This document shows, one piece after another, positions 1 to 14,100 of a stretch of 64,000 nucleotides of DNA. The stretch lies in the IMG/VR virus record IMGVR_UViG_3300031784_000002. One strand, given 5' to 3'. The DNA is from a virus (lineage: Duplodnaviria; Caudoviricetes). A program made the position numbers and the translations under genes. The first letter of the stretch is position 1. Each line of letters starts with the position of its first letter. The notes under the pieces are model-generated. The model was not told where the DNA came from and searched no databases. It worked only from the letters and a program-made list of their open reading frames with translations.

Positions 1-255
1 GTTTTTAATTCGCTTTTGGGATCTAGTGTTGAAGATTCTATGTTCCAATTACAAACTCCAGAGATGTCTTATTCTCTGGAGTTGAACATTACAACTCTTT
101 TAGAAAATTATGAACCTAGAATTTCATTATCTTCTGTTTTAGTTACATATCCGGATGATTCTAATCAAATCAATGTAAGAATAGCGTATACTATAATTGG
201 TATACCTGTCCCGGCTCAAACTATAGACTTCATATTACAACCAACTAGAGTCTAA
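1..255 (+). CDS. gp25: Baseplate wedge subunit gp25-like (5' end truncated by window edge)
   Basis: The frame is open from base 1 (VFNSLLGSS...). It contains the gp25/GPW motif LLENYEPRISL and its stop overlaps the gp6 start (TAATG). Confidence 0.85.
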   Translation, partial: VFNSLLGSSVEDSMFQLQTPEMSYSLELNITTLLENYEPRISLSSVLVTYPDDSNQINVRIAYTIIGIPVPAQTIDFILQPTRV

Positions 256-2129
256 TGTCATTCAATCAATTCACAAACTTAGATTTCAGTGATCTTAAGA
301 CTCAGATCAAAGATTATTTGCGTGCGAACGGTCAATTTACTGACTTCGATTTTGAGGGTTCAAATTTTTCGGTTTTAATTGACTTATTAGCATATAATAG
401 CTACATAACTGCCTACAACTCAAATATGGCAGTTAATGAAATGTTTCTTGATAGTGCCACTCTTAGAGAAAATATAGTATCCCTAGCCAGAAACATTGGT
501 TATTTACCCAGATCAAAAAGATCATCAAGAGCTTTAATAAATTTTAGCGTTGATATGAGTCAAACAAACGCTAGAAGTGTAAAGTTACTTGCAGGTCAAG
601 TATCTCTTGGTGCAGTAGTTAATGGAAATTATATTTTTTCAATACCGGAAGATATTGTTACTCCAGTAAATACGGACGGAATTGCTATATTTGATAATTT
701 ACAAATTTATGAGGGAATATATTTAACAACAACTTTCATAGTAGATGAATCTCAACCAAACCAAAGATTTGTTCTACCTAATATTGGAATTGATACCACC
801 ACAATTCGAGTAAAAGTTATAAATCAAGTAACAGAAATTTATAATCAATATGATACTCTATTAAATGTTGGTAAAGATTCAAGAATTTTCTTGATTCAGG
901 AAGTAGGAGATACTAAGTACGAAATTAGATTTGGTGATAATATTATTGGTAAAAAACCATCTAATGGAAGTAGAATAGAAATTAGTTATATTGTTACAAA
1001 TGGATCTTCTGGTAATGGAGCTTCAAACTTTACTTTTTCTGGTAGATTAATTGATAATAATTTATTTGATGTTACCACCGGAATTTCATTAGTTTTAACT
1101 CAATCTAAATCTGAAAATGGTGATAATATTGAATCGATGGATTCTATTAAATATTTCGCACCGAAAGTCTATGCATCTCAATATAGGGCAGTGACATCAA
1201 ATGATTATAAATCACTTATTCCATATGTTTATCCAAACGTAGAGTCCGTAAATTCTTATGGTGGTGATGAATTGGATCCACCGGAATATGGAAAAGTTTT
1301 TATATCAATAAAGCCAAGAAACGGAACGTTTCTTTCCGAAATTACAAAGCAGAATATTCTAAGTACAATTAAAAAGTATTCAATTGCAGGTATTAAACCG
1401 GAAATAGTTGACTTATCTTACTTGTACGTGGAATTGGATGTTTCAACTTATTATAATGTCAATCTACTAAGTAACCCAGAAATAGTAAAAACAAAAGTAA
1501 TTGACACTTTAACCGCATATTCTAACTCCAAAGATGTTAATAGTTTTGGAGGTAGATTCAAATATAGTAAAGTTGTTGGACTAATAGATGATTGTGACAA
1601 ATCAATTACATCTAACATAACAAAAGTTAAGATGAGAAGGGATTTGAATCCAGAGTTAAATACTTTTGCAACATATGAACTTTGTTTTGGTAATGAAATA
1701 CATATTAAAACTGGAGGATACTCTGTAAAGTCTACTGGATTTTTTATTAATGGTGTTTCTGATGTCATTTATATGGCAGATGCGGCATCACCTACAAATA
1801 AAACTAAAGGAATTATATTTTTCTTTAAATTGGAAAATAATCTTCCAGTAATTATAAAAAATAATGCTGGTACAATAAATTATAAACGAGGTGAAATTCT
1901 TTTAGACGTTGTTAATATAACATCGTCAGTGTTGGCAAATGGATTCATAGAAGTTCAAGCCATCCCAGAGTCAAACGATATTATAGGACTTCAAGATTTG
2001 TATTTGCAATTAGATGTTCAAAAATCTGTGGTAAATATTATAGAAGATGTTGTAAGTTCTGGTGAAAATTCTTCTGCAACCCAATATGTGGTTACATCAA
2101 GTTATCTAAACGGAAAGTATACGAGATAA
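255..2129 (+). CDS. gp6: Baseplate wedge subunit gp6
   Basis: N-terminal LDFSDLKTQIKDYLRANGQFTDFDFEGSNFSVLIDLLAYN and later RAVTSNDY and PPEYGKVFISIKP motifs are typical of T4-like gp6. It lies after gp25. Confidence 0.95.
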   Translation: MSFNQFTNLDFSDLKTQIKDYLRANGQFTDFDFEGSNFSVLIDLLAYNSYITAYNSNMAVNEMFLDSATLRENIVSLARNIGYLPRSKRSSRALINFSVDMSQTNARSVKLLAGQVSLGAVVNGNYIFSIPEDIVTPVNTDGIAIFDNLQIYEGIYLTTTFIVDESQPNQRFVLPNIGIDTTTIRVKVINQVTEIYNQYDTLLNVGKDSRIFLIQEVGDTKYEIRFGDNIIGKKPSNGSRIEISYIVTNGSSGNGASNFTFSGRLIDNNLFDVTTGISLVLTQSKSENGDNIESMDSIKYFAPKVYASQYRAVTSNDYKSLIPYVYPNVESVNSYGGDELDPPEYGKVFISIKPRNGTFLSEITKQNILSTIKKYSIAGIKPEIVDLSYLYVELDVSTYYNVNLLSNPEIVKTKVIDTLTAYSNSKDVNSFGGRFKYSKVVGLIDDCDKSITSNITKVKMRRDLNPELNTFATYELCFGNEIHIKTGGYSVKSTGFFINGVSDVIYMADAASPTNKTKGIIFFFKLENNLPVIIKNNAGTINYKRGEILLDVVNITSSVLANGFIEVQAIPESNDIIGLQDLYLQLDVQKSVVNIIEDVVSSGENSSATQYVVTSSYLNGKYTR

Positions 2130-2130
2130 A

Positions 2131-5100
2131 ATGTCAGAAATTAAAAGAGTAAAAATCAGCTCGATCATTGGAACCCAAATTCCAGAATTCTTATCCATAG
2201 AATCTCCGCTTTTTAGTGAGTTTCTTGCACAGTATTACAATTCATTAGAATATCAGTCAGGACCGATTGATATCGTTTCTAATATTGTAAACTATAAAAA
2301 TTCTAAAGCATTTAATAATGTAGAGTTAACTGAAAAAACTACTTTAACTTCTGATGTTTTATCTTTTGATGATGTTATAAATGTTGAGTCTACTAAAGGT
2401 TGGCCAGATTCTTATGGACTGTTGAAAATTAATGATGAAATTATCACTTACTTATCTAAAACTGAAACCTCCTTTCAAAATTGCATTAGGGGATTTAGTG
2501 GGATTGAGAACCTAGAATCTCTGGATAACCCAGAATTTTTGGTTTTCTCATCAACTAAGGCAGCCGAACATACGGATAATAGTGTAGTTCAAAATCTAAG
2601 TAATCTATTTTTGATCAAATTTTTTGAAAACTTTAAGTATGAGTTTTTACCTGGTTTTGAATCCAGAGATTTCTACAAAGATATTTCCATTGAAAATGTA
2701 TCTTACAAGATTAAAGACTTATACAAATCAAAAGGAACAGATTTATCATATAAACTTCTCTTCAAAATTTTATATGGCGCAGATATTGAAATTATAAAAC
2801 CACAAGATTATACCCTTTCACCATCTTCAAACTCTTATTTTATAACAAAAAATATACTAGTAGAAAAAATTTCTGGCGGTAATCCAATAGATATCAAGGG
2901 TAACTTTTTATTCCAAAACATAACTGGAATTGGTACTGTAAGTGCTTCAATTTTCAACGTTGAGTATCGACCAGTGGGAGAAAAAGAATTTTATGAAATT
3001 TCTTTGGATAGTACATCATTTAGTGGTAATTTTCAAGTTTCGGGTAAAACTAGAATACTGGAAGATGTACAAGTAAACAATAGTACTATTTTAGTTGATT
3101 CAACTGTAGGATTTGCTAATTCTGGAACTATCCTGGTAAAACCAAAAAATTCCGATTTCATTAAAGTAAGTTATACAGGAAAGAACATTAATCAATTTAC
3201 TGGAGTTACAAACGTAACTCAATTTTTAGATTTTGGACTCGATTTAATCGAAGAAAAATTTGCTTTTAGTTATGTTGGAGTAGGAAATACTTCTAAGGTA
3301 GAGTTCCGAGTAGTTAATGTAATTGATAATATTGATTTTTCAAAAACTTCAAATTTAAGAGTTGGAGATAACATATCTTTATCTGGATTTGGTAAAGATT
3401 TGTATGATACTTATGAGTTTAATAGTTGGATCTATAATATTCCAACTAATCATAACATAAGAAGTATTTCACAAATTGATGCCACAAAATACAGAATTAA
3501 TTTATTTGATAAAATTTATTTTTATCAAAATGAAATTATCTCACTTTCAGATAATCTAGGTAGTTCAATAGAAGCTAAGATTATATCCGTTGAATATTCA
3601 ACTTCAGATTCAATTAAAAAATATAGTAATAGGATACTGATTCAAGTTATAAATCCAGGAACATACAATGTTTTAACTTCGAAAGTTGTAGGGAAGAAAA
3701 TTTATAAGTCAAATCATTATAGCAATTATTTTCCAAATCTGGAAAATATTCCTGCAGGCATTCAAAATACATATATTGATTCTGAAGAAAAATATTTCTA
3801 CATTACTTCGTCCGGATTACCAAATTATACAATTTTCTCTACAGATAATAAAAAGACTATATCAACCATAGTAGGAACTTCCACTACGGATACATTTAAT
3901 GTTTTTAATCATAACCTGTTTAGTGGAGAATTAGTTTATTATTTGCCGGAAACATCTTCTGGAATATTAACAGGACTTTATTATGTCACAAAGATTGATG
4001 ATAATAGATTAAAATTATCTTATAGTAAGTCTGATATTTTTTCAAGAAAATATATCCAATCCACTTCTACGATTACTAATGATTCTCTATATAAGTTTGG
4101 ATATCAGAATAAAACTCTAAAACACCAGAAACTCTTAAAAAAATTCTATGTTGATAGTAGTAAACCGAGAGAGTCTTTTGATGATTTAAATGAAAGAACT
4201 ACTTTTAACAGAGAAGTGGGGTTATTAGTAAATGGAGTTGAGCTATTATCCCCCAACTTATTTGATGAAAACATTTATTATGGCAATATTACTTCAATTA
4301 ATGTCACTAACTCTGGACAAGATTATGATGTTATAGACGTTCCTCCATTAGAAGTTAAAGATGAGACTGGAACTGGGTTAAAAGCGCACCTAAACCTCTC
4401 AGGCAGTGTTAGAGAAATTAAAATATTAAACGCTGGATATGGATACCAAGAAAAACCAAAAATTACAATAACTGGTGGAAATGGTATCGGATGTATACTA
4501 GACTCCAACTTTGTTAAAACTAGAGTTTCTGCAGGATTTAAGGCTGATTTAAATGTAAGTACAGCAAATAACACTATACAATTTTTAAATACTATCCCAT
4601 TTGAAGATGGTGAAGAAGTTGTTTATGATTCTAACAAAAATAGTAACGTACCCGGAATTGTAAATAACTCAACCTATTTTGTAGGCATTCTTACAGATAA
4701 TAAGATTAAACTCTTTAATACTAAAACAAATGCTCTTCAAAAAGTAAATGAAATTGATATCGTTGGAGTTTCTTCCGGATTTCACTTCATAACAACATTA
4801 AAAAATAAAAATACTTTTACTAAAATTTATGTTAAAGAGTCTGGACAAGGATACTCAAATAGAAAAGTAAGAGTTCCATCAATACTTTCTGGAGATAATA
4901 GAAGTTCTGGAATTAATACTTTTGATTCGTATATCTTTGCAAAAAGCCACGGATTTAAAGATTTCGATCTTGTAAAGTATTCATATCAAGGTTCTGCAAT
5001 AAGTGGATTATCGACTTCAGTACATTATTATGTCAAAATTATTGATGTCAATAAATTTAGATTATATGAAGCTGGAATTGGAACTACTTTAAATAATGAA

Positions 5101-8100
5101 AATTATGTAAAAAATAAATTTGTAAAATTAAATTCACTTGGAGTAGGTACTCACACTATTGGATATCCTCCTATCGAAATACGTGTAGAATCAAAATTAG
5201 CGATAGGATCTACAACTATAATAAATCCAGAACTTAAGCCAATTGTATTGGGATCAATCGAAGATGTTTATCTCGAAGATGGTGGAATTGGTTTTGGATG
5301 CACAAATATTATTAACTATCATAGAAGACCTAACGTAGGAATTGCAAGTATAACAGCTGAGGCAATTTTAAAACCAATTATTATTGATGGATCAATTGTT
5401 GATGTTCAAATTATTAACAGAGGAAGGGGATTTAGAGAAAATTCGGAAATTATAATTTATGGCGATGGCAAATATGCACAAATAGAACCTATTGTTGCGG
5501 ATGGAAAGTTATCCAATGTAAACATTGTATTTGGTGGTATAGGATACAAGTCATCAAATACTATACTTGTATTGAAAAATAGAGGTCAAGATGCTAAGTT
5601 CTTAGCCAATGTAAAAGAGTGGAAAATAAATCAAGTTGCAAAAAGTAGAAATGTAATTTCCGAAGAAGATGATGGTGTGCTTTATCCAAGTAAAAACCCA
5701 AATTCGGAACTACAATTCTATAATTTCTATATTCCTAAAAAGTTAAGATATCAGTTATCTGATAATTTTACCGACGATAATAAAGAAAATAGTGGAATAT
5801 TAAATCACTCACCAATTTTAGGTTATGCATATGATGGCAATCCAATCTATGGTGCCTATTCATATGATAAAACTAGTGGTGGATTCATAAGAAGAATGAA
5901 TTCTAGCTATGTTTTAAATTTAAATTTAACTCCAGGAATAAGACCTCCATCGTTTGAAAGTGGATTTTTTATTGATGATTATGAATATGATGGATCTGGA
6001 GATCTTGATCAACATAATGGAAGATTTTGCATTACTCCAGAGTATCCTAATGGAACTTATGCATATTTTTGTACCATAGATGTTAATGCCTCTAATGAAC
6101 CTATCCCAAGATATCCCTACATTGTAGGACCATATTTTTACAATAAACCATTAACTGAAAATTTCTTACCATCGTATAATCAGGATCTTGACATCTTTAC
6201 CAAGAATTTAACTAGAAATGTAGGACCGTATTATTTAAATAGATCCAATTCATATTATGATTTGATTGATAAAGTATCGAATGAATACAAACAAGAGTTT
6301 TATGTAACCTCAATAAATTCTGGTAAAATAGAAGATGTTTCTATATTCTCCCCTGGAGATAATTATAAAATAAATGACCAAGTTGATGTTGACATAACAG
6401 ATACAGAGGGAATACAATCAAATATAGTTGTAAGTGAACTAGATGGTAGAGAAATAGAGTCTTTCAGTTTATTTGAAGATTTAATTCCAAATGTAGAATT
6501 CTTTATAAGAAATCCAAATACTGTTGTAAAGACAAGTTCTCCACATCAAATTAAAAATGGCCAACCAGTTTTAATAAGTGGAATATCAACAATTACATCA
6601 TCAAAATTTGAGGGAATAAAATATGTTGAAGTTGCGGAAAAAACTTCACAATTATTAGATAATATTGCTACAGAAGGTGTAACTGGACTATCGACATTTA
6701 TAACATTAAAAGATATCACTGGATTTAAAATTAATGACTTTATCGGTATAGGAACAGAAGTATTATTAATCACTGACATTGATTCCAAACGATCTGGATT
6801 TTATGTAAATAGACTCCAAAATACAGGAGTTCATACCGCAGGAATAGATAGTGTAGTTTTATTACCAAGAGAATTTTCAATTCCTACAGGAGATATTAAA
6901 GACCTAACTTTTGATAATTATACAACATTTTTTGACCCAAAATTTGCTGTAGGTATTGGTACAAGTGTAACGACTCGCACGGTTGTTGGACTTGGCACTA
7001 CGTCGTTTGAAACCAGATCGATACCACCAAGAAGTATATATTTACCATCACATAAGTTTTATACTGGCCAACCACTAATCTATAATTCTGGTTTTGCCGG
7101 TACATCACTATATGTTAACAATGTAGGATCTGCAACATCCATCAAATTACTTGATAATCAGATAGTTTATGCTGTAAATTTAGGAAAAGACTATGTTGGA
7201 CTATCTACGATTGGATTTACTAGTTCTACTGGAATTGGTACTAATTTAAATTCTTTAGAGTTTTGGGATCAAACTTTTGCTTATGGTGTTATTGGTGCGG
7301 CTCATTCATTAACTACTTTAAATCCAAAAATTACGGGAACAGTAGAAAAAGTATTAGGAGTAGTAACTACTAAATCAAATCATAATTTAAATAATGATGA
7401 CATTATTACTCTCAAATTAACTACAGATTATAATGAAGTTGTCAAAGTAGTTTTTGATCCAGTAAATAGAAAAGTTTTAATGAGAGAAATTTCTTTCTCG
7501 GACAGTAATGTTTCAGTTCAGGAAAGTTCTATAAATGTTTCTTCCTATAATGGTAATATAGAAACTGGTGACAAAGTTGTTTATATTGCTACATCCCCTA
7601 TTAATGGACTAGTCAACTATGGTGTTTATTATGTCCTTAAAACAGACTTCAATTCTATAAAATTATGTCAATATAGGAGTGACATAAATGAATCCAAATT
7701 TATTAATTTCTCTTCAACTGGTGGTGTCGGTTCAACTCATAAGTTATATTTTGTCAACCCACAAATTTCATGTGTGAGAACTACGAAGATAGAATTTGAT
7801 TTATCTGATACTAGTTTAATTAATCTTGATTTACAATTCTATTTTGATTCCAATTTCATTCAAAAAATTAATGAAAGAACTGGATTTTTTGTAAGTAGAC
7901 AAGGAGTTCCAGGGAATCCTAATTCCAAAGTTATTTTGGATCTTTCCGCACAGTTTTTCCCAATTTATTATAATCTTTTCCCCAAAGGTTCTTCAGATGA
8001 AAGTAAGAAACAAATATCTTCAGATGATGATGTGAAATCGCATAATAAAATTTCAATCATAAATCATCAACTTAACAGTAAATTTAAAGTATCTGTTTCT

Positions 8101-11100
8101 TCAGATAAAACATTCTCCTTCTATAACACTAAAAAGTTAACTTTTGTTGAAAGTAACATTATTATTCAAAGTGCTACTAAGTTTTCTTATAAAACAACTT
8201 CTACTAATGCATTAGGGCCAATATCTAAATTAAAAATTAATTTCCCAGGTAGAGGTTATAAGAAATTGCCAAATATTAGAGGAATAAGAAGTTCTTCTGG
8301 TAAAAATGCAGTATTGAAACTCATATCTCCAAATATTGGAAGAGTTGAAACTTTTAGTAGAATTAAGGATGGATTTGATTATCCAACAGATCCAACATTG
8401 TCACCATCCCTAAGTGTTCCTACTGTAATTGGAATAAAAGATATAAGAACCATAGATTATGTTGGAATTATTACTGGCGGTAAACGTTATAACAGCCCAC
8501 CAAAACTAGTAGTGAAAAATGATACTAGTGGAATTGAACTTAACGCTAAAATATCTGGTGGATCTGTAATTTCTGTGGATGTTATTAAAAACTCCACATC
8601 ATTATCAACACCATTAGACATTGTTCCAATATACAACTCAAATGGTTATGAAATTGATGCAATTACAGTAGGTGGTGATTTAGTAACACTCGAATTATTG
8701 AATAATTCTACCTTTAATCCTTTCATATCTTCTGGATTTGGAAGAACCGATTTTGTATATCCTTTTAAAATAGGAGATAAAATTTTTATTGAAAACTGCA
8801 GATTGACTGACGTTACATCAGACAATGCCAACTTCAATTCATCTTCATATAATTATTCCTTCTTTGACGTTGTTGGTGTAAACACTAACAATGCCACTGT
8901 AACCTATAACATGGCTGGAATTTCTACAGGATCTTTTGGTACATATAATGATGAACTTAATCTAGGCGTTGTTATTAATAAAAATGATATGCCAGAATTT
9001 ACTATGGTGTTAAAAGATGATGTTAGTTATATCTCGAATGAAAAGGTATCTTCAGAAACATTTTTTGGTACAGTAATGGAAAATGGTTGGGATAATAATC
9101 TCAATCAAATGAGATTAAAAAGTATTTCTGGAGAAATAAACGCAGGAGATAAAATTTTTGGAGAAATATCCAAGATAAATGGTACAGTTGAATATTTCGA
9201 TGTATTTAATTTATATGCTACCCTTGGAGTTTCTAGAGATAAAACATCTTCTATAGATCTTTCTTCTGGTATTTTAAACGATTCCTTACAAAAAATTTCT
9301 GATAATTTTTATTATCAAAAGTTTTCTTATTCAATCAAAGGAAGCATTCCTTACAACGTTTGGAGAGAATCCGTAAGATCGATTGTACACCCGTCCGGAT
9401 TTAAGGAATTTTCTGATTTAGAAATTTTTACAAAACCAACTTTAAATGAAGTTAATTTGGGAATTGCTAAATCTACTGGCATGAAACCAACTTTACTATC
9501 AACAGATTCATTTACTTTTATTAACATTGATCAGACAATACCATTAAATCTGCGGTCAAATTTTGCTAGAGTTTATGAAGAAGAATTGTTGCCTGATGGA
9601 TCTATACAAAATGTATATCTTGATGAAGGTGTTGACTTAACATCTTATATAATTAACAAAACAAATAAAGTCATTGAAATTGATAACATTAGTGATCAAT
9701 TTGAAGGAAGTTCCATACAATCGTTAGACCAACGTTTTTATGGAGGTGCTGATTTATTAGAGGGTAATAGAACTTTTATTCAAGAAGAAGTAGTAGGATT
9801 TATTACTACAAAATATCCAGGTATTAGTACAAATGTTGGATGGAGTAAAACTGTATTTTATGATAGTGTTGGATATGTTGTTGATGCAGTTACCCATGAT
9901 GTTAAGTATAAATCAAATAATAAATCTATTGAAGGGGGATTGAGTTATTGGGCCGGACTTGGCACTAGTTATGTTGCAGGAATACCAACCGAAACAATCG
10001 ATGCATTTAGATATGTTGTAGATTTATCAAAATACATTATTAATAATGTTGGAGTAAAGACATCTTACCAACTATTAAATTCTGTTGGAATATCTTCAGT
10101 TGTTTATAACAATATAACTGGAGTAACGACTGTTGGAACAACAACTAGCCATGGATTATCTACAACTACTACTAATTATGTTGTATTAAAGAATATATCC
10201 TTCTCATACAATCCAGGCAGTGGAATAACCACTTCAATTTTCCCAAGTTTGAGTTTAACCGGACCATTAACAGCTGAAAAATTTGTATATGAGGTTGAAG
10301 TTGTCGATTCGGTAAGATTTAGAATAAGAACAGGACCATCAACTATAAGTTATACTTATTTAAGTGGTGGTACAGCTCAAAAAGCCTTTATATCTACATC
10401 TCAATATCTAAGTTATGCAGTTCTACCTGATTTTGATTGTAATCCAAATTACAATGAAAATTGTTATGCAGACGTTCAAGCATCGGTTAGTAATTATGTT
10501 GGAATAATTACTACTATAATTGGGATTGGAACAACAGCAAGTCCTGATACAATAGTATCTCCATCTTTAGCAAAAGGTGGATCAGTAGTTGGATTGAGTA
10601 CTTTTAAATTAAAGAATAAAGGAACTTCTTTGTTTAAACATGAGTTTTCTGGTAGTAAAGTTGATATTGTTAATGACAAGTTTATAATTCCGAATCATAA
10701 TTTCCAATCTGGACAAGAGTTAATATATTCATATTCTGGTGGAAGTCCAGTTGGTATTGCAACTACTTCACATGTTACCGGCAATCTTGATACCCTACTA
10801 AATGTTCATAATTTCAGCGGAACAGCTGTTTTTGAAAATGGTTATAATGTTGGAATTACAACTGTTATTTCCGGAACAGTTCCAACTGGTCCAACTGGAA
10901 CTGTGAGTTATAATCAAGTAATTGGAGTTAACACTACTGGATTTGGAACAAATGCTGTATTTAATGTTTTAATTAATTATAATGGAGGAGGAGTTGCCAT
11001 ATCTACATCTATCATTCCAACTTATGGTGGATATGGATATAGTCTAGGACAACAAGTTTCTATTTCTGGAACTTATTTTGGTGGAACAAATCCAACTAAT

Positions 11101-14100
11101 AATTTGACATTCAATATTTCTAAGACAGGCCCTACCGTAATTCAAGCTCAAGCAAATACAAGTTATTCTTCAGTTCCTTCATCGGATGCAAGTGGAGCAA
11201 TTTTTGACGTTTCTAGAGATTCTAACGGTGCTGTTACATATGTAAAAGTACTAAACGGTGGATCCGGCTATACTAGTAACTCTGTCATTTCTATAGCAGG
11301 AACTTATATTGGAGGAATAAATTCGAGAGATGAACTGTCATTCACACCATTAGAACTTGGCACTAAAAACCTACCAACATCAGTGTTTGTCTATAAATTA
11401 AATGATAATGAATTTAAACTTTCTGGTTTATCTACAAGTGTATTCTTTGATTTAACTGGTGTAGGTACAGCAACACATTCACTTTCATATAAAGAACCAA
11501 ATGCCAGTGTAGTTATTACCATAGATGGAATAATACAAAAAGCAGTGGCTAGAAAATCACTAAATGTTTCTTTTGCCTCTAGTGTTTCTTCCGCTTCTAC
11601 AACAATAATAAGCATTTCCTCTGGAATTTCATCTTTATCCACAGGTGATATTATTAGTATTGATAGTGAATATGTTTCCATCAAAACTATTGGTATAACC
11701 TCTGCAAATCAAATAGAAGTTGCAAGAGGTTATTTTGGAACAGTTGCAACTGCACATACTGTTGGTGCTAGTGGAACAGTATTGGTAGGTGACTTTAATA
11801 TCGTTGGAGATGTAATATACTTTGATCAAGCTCCAAATGGAAAAATTGGACCAGTTGGATTAGAAACTGGATCTACATTTGGCGGTAGAGCGTTCAGTAG
11901 AAGGTTTGATCCAAATATTCCACAAGATAAAAATATATTATTTGATGATATATCACTATCATTCACTGGTATTGCAGCTACAGAATTTACTTTAAAATCT
12001 GGTGGACAAACTACTAGTACTGTTTTTAATAACGTAAACAGTTCTACTAATATTAATAACAATCCAATAGTCTTAATTAACAATGTATTCCAAAATCCAA
12101 CAAGTGATTATACAGTTGATGGAGTTGGTACAAACGTAATTAAGTTCTTATCGGGAACTCCAAATTCTGGAAAAATATCAAAAGTTTCGATTTCAACTAG
12201 TTATGGATACGCTCCAAGAATTGGAGCAGCTGCTACTGTAACTGTTTCTGCTGCTGGAACTATTAGTAATGTCATTGTTATTGGATCTGGATCTGGATAC
12301 AGAAATCCTCCTGTTGTTAGTATTGCATCCACTATTGGATTTGGTGCAAGTATTGTAGTTACAGTAAGTGCTGCAGGTACAATTTCTGGATTTACTATTG
12401 TTAACGCTGGATCTGGATATACCACTACTTCACGACCTGAAGTTGTAATTGGAATCCCAACAGGTTACAGTAACCTAGGTTTAGGTTATACTGGAGGAAC
12501 ATCTGGAGTCGGCCAAAAGGCAAAACTCACCGTTGAAGTGGGTATGGGATCTAGTATAATAACATATAAATTTGATGAACCTGGTATCGGATATAAAGTG
12601 GGTGATAAACTTACACCAATTGGAATAGTAACCAATCCAGCACTAAGTTTTCAACCTTTTGTATTAACTGTTGAGGAAGTAGAGACAGATAGTTTCTCCG
12701 GATTTTATCCCGGACAATTTATACAATTTAATGATATTTCCGAATTCTTTAATGGATTCACAAAGAAGTTCACTCTATCAACTACGTTAAATGGAGTAAA
12801 ACAAGTTTTAGGATTAAGAGTTCCTGATGGAACTGATTTGGACATTACCAATAATATTTTTATATACATAAATGACATTTTACAAGTTCCTAATATAGCA
12901 TATAAGTTCTCTGGAAGTAGAGTAATATTTACTGAAGCACCTAAGGCTGGATCTAAATGTGTTGTCCTTTACTATAGGGGATCTTCAACTGATGTTGAAT
13001 TAATTGATCCACCTAAAACTATTAAACCTGGAGATACGATAACTATACAGGAAAATCCTACAGATTTATTTGATATTTCTCAATTTGATAGAGTTGTTAA
13101 AAAAATTACATCTGCTGATCAGTTTGAAACATTTAATTATTATTCTGTTGGCATCATTACAGATCCAACAAAGATTAGACCTCTTACTTGGAAGAAACAA
13201 CTTAATGATACTGTCATTAGTGGATCATTATACTCTAAATCTAGACCAAATTTACAGAGCAGTGTTAAACCTTCTGCAACTATTATTAAAAAAGTAGATC
13301 CCAGTGATACTGTAATATATGTTGATAATGCATATCCATTATTCTCAGATTTGGATGCTCTTCCAGAAGATATAAGAGATGCACTAATATTAGAAAATAG
13401 AGTTATTCAAGAATCTTTAGGTGAATGTGTAGTTTCATCTGCGTCTACAATTTCATCAATTACCATCATAGATGGTGGAGTTGGATATGCAAATACACAG
13501 TCTCCAAAAGTAATTATTTCCGAGTCACTAATTACTAAAAAAGATCCAATTTTTAATTGGACAGGCGGCGTTGGACTATCAACTACTTATAGTCTAAAAT
13601 CTATTAAATATACAAATAAATTCATTTCAGTTGGAGATAATTCAATATATTCTACAAGTTTTGATGGAGTAAATTGGCAAGTTTCTACACTTGGTTTTGG
13701 TCAGTCTTCCAATTTTAATTCACTAGAATCGGTTGCTGTTGGATCAAGTAATTTCTTACTTTCTGCAGGAAATCTTGGACAAGTAATAAAAGCCACAGAT
13801 TATGGAAATGTGGTATCTTCATGGACGCAAATCCCATTACAAGAGGATGTTTCAATTCCAGGTTTTGGTGCAGTTAATAGAGTGAGTAGTGGTTACACGG
13901 GAACTTTTGCTGAAATTGTATACTCCAGTACCACTGATACTTGGGTTACAGTTGGTGCTGGTGGATCTATATTTGTCGGAACTGGAGTTGCTACTGATTC
14001 ATTTGTTAGTAGGTATTCGGAAACATTATCTAATTTAAATGGCTTAACTTTTGGAGCTGAGTATTTCGTTGCCGTTGGTAACGATGGAATAATTAGAACA

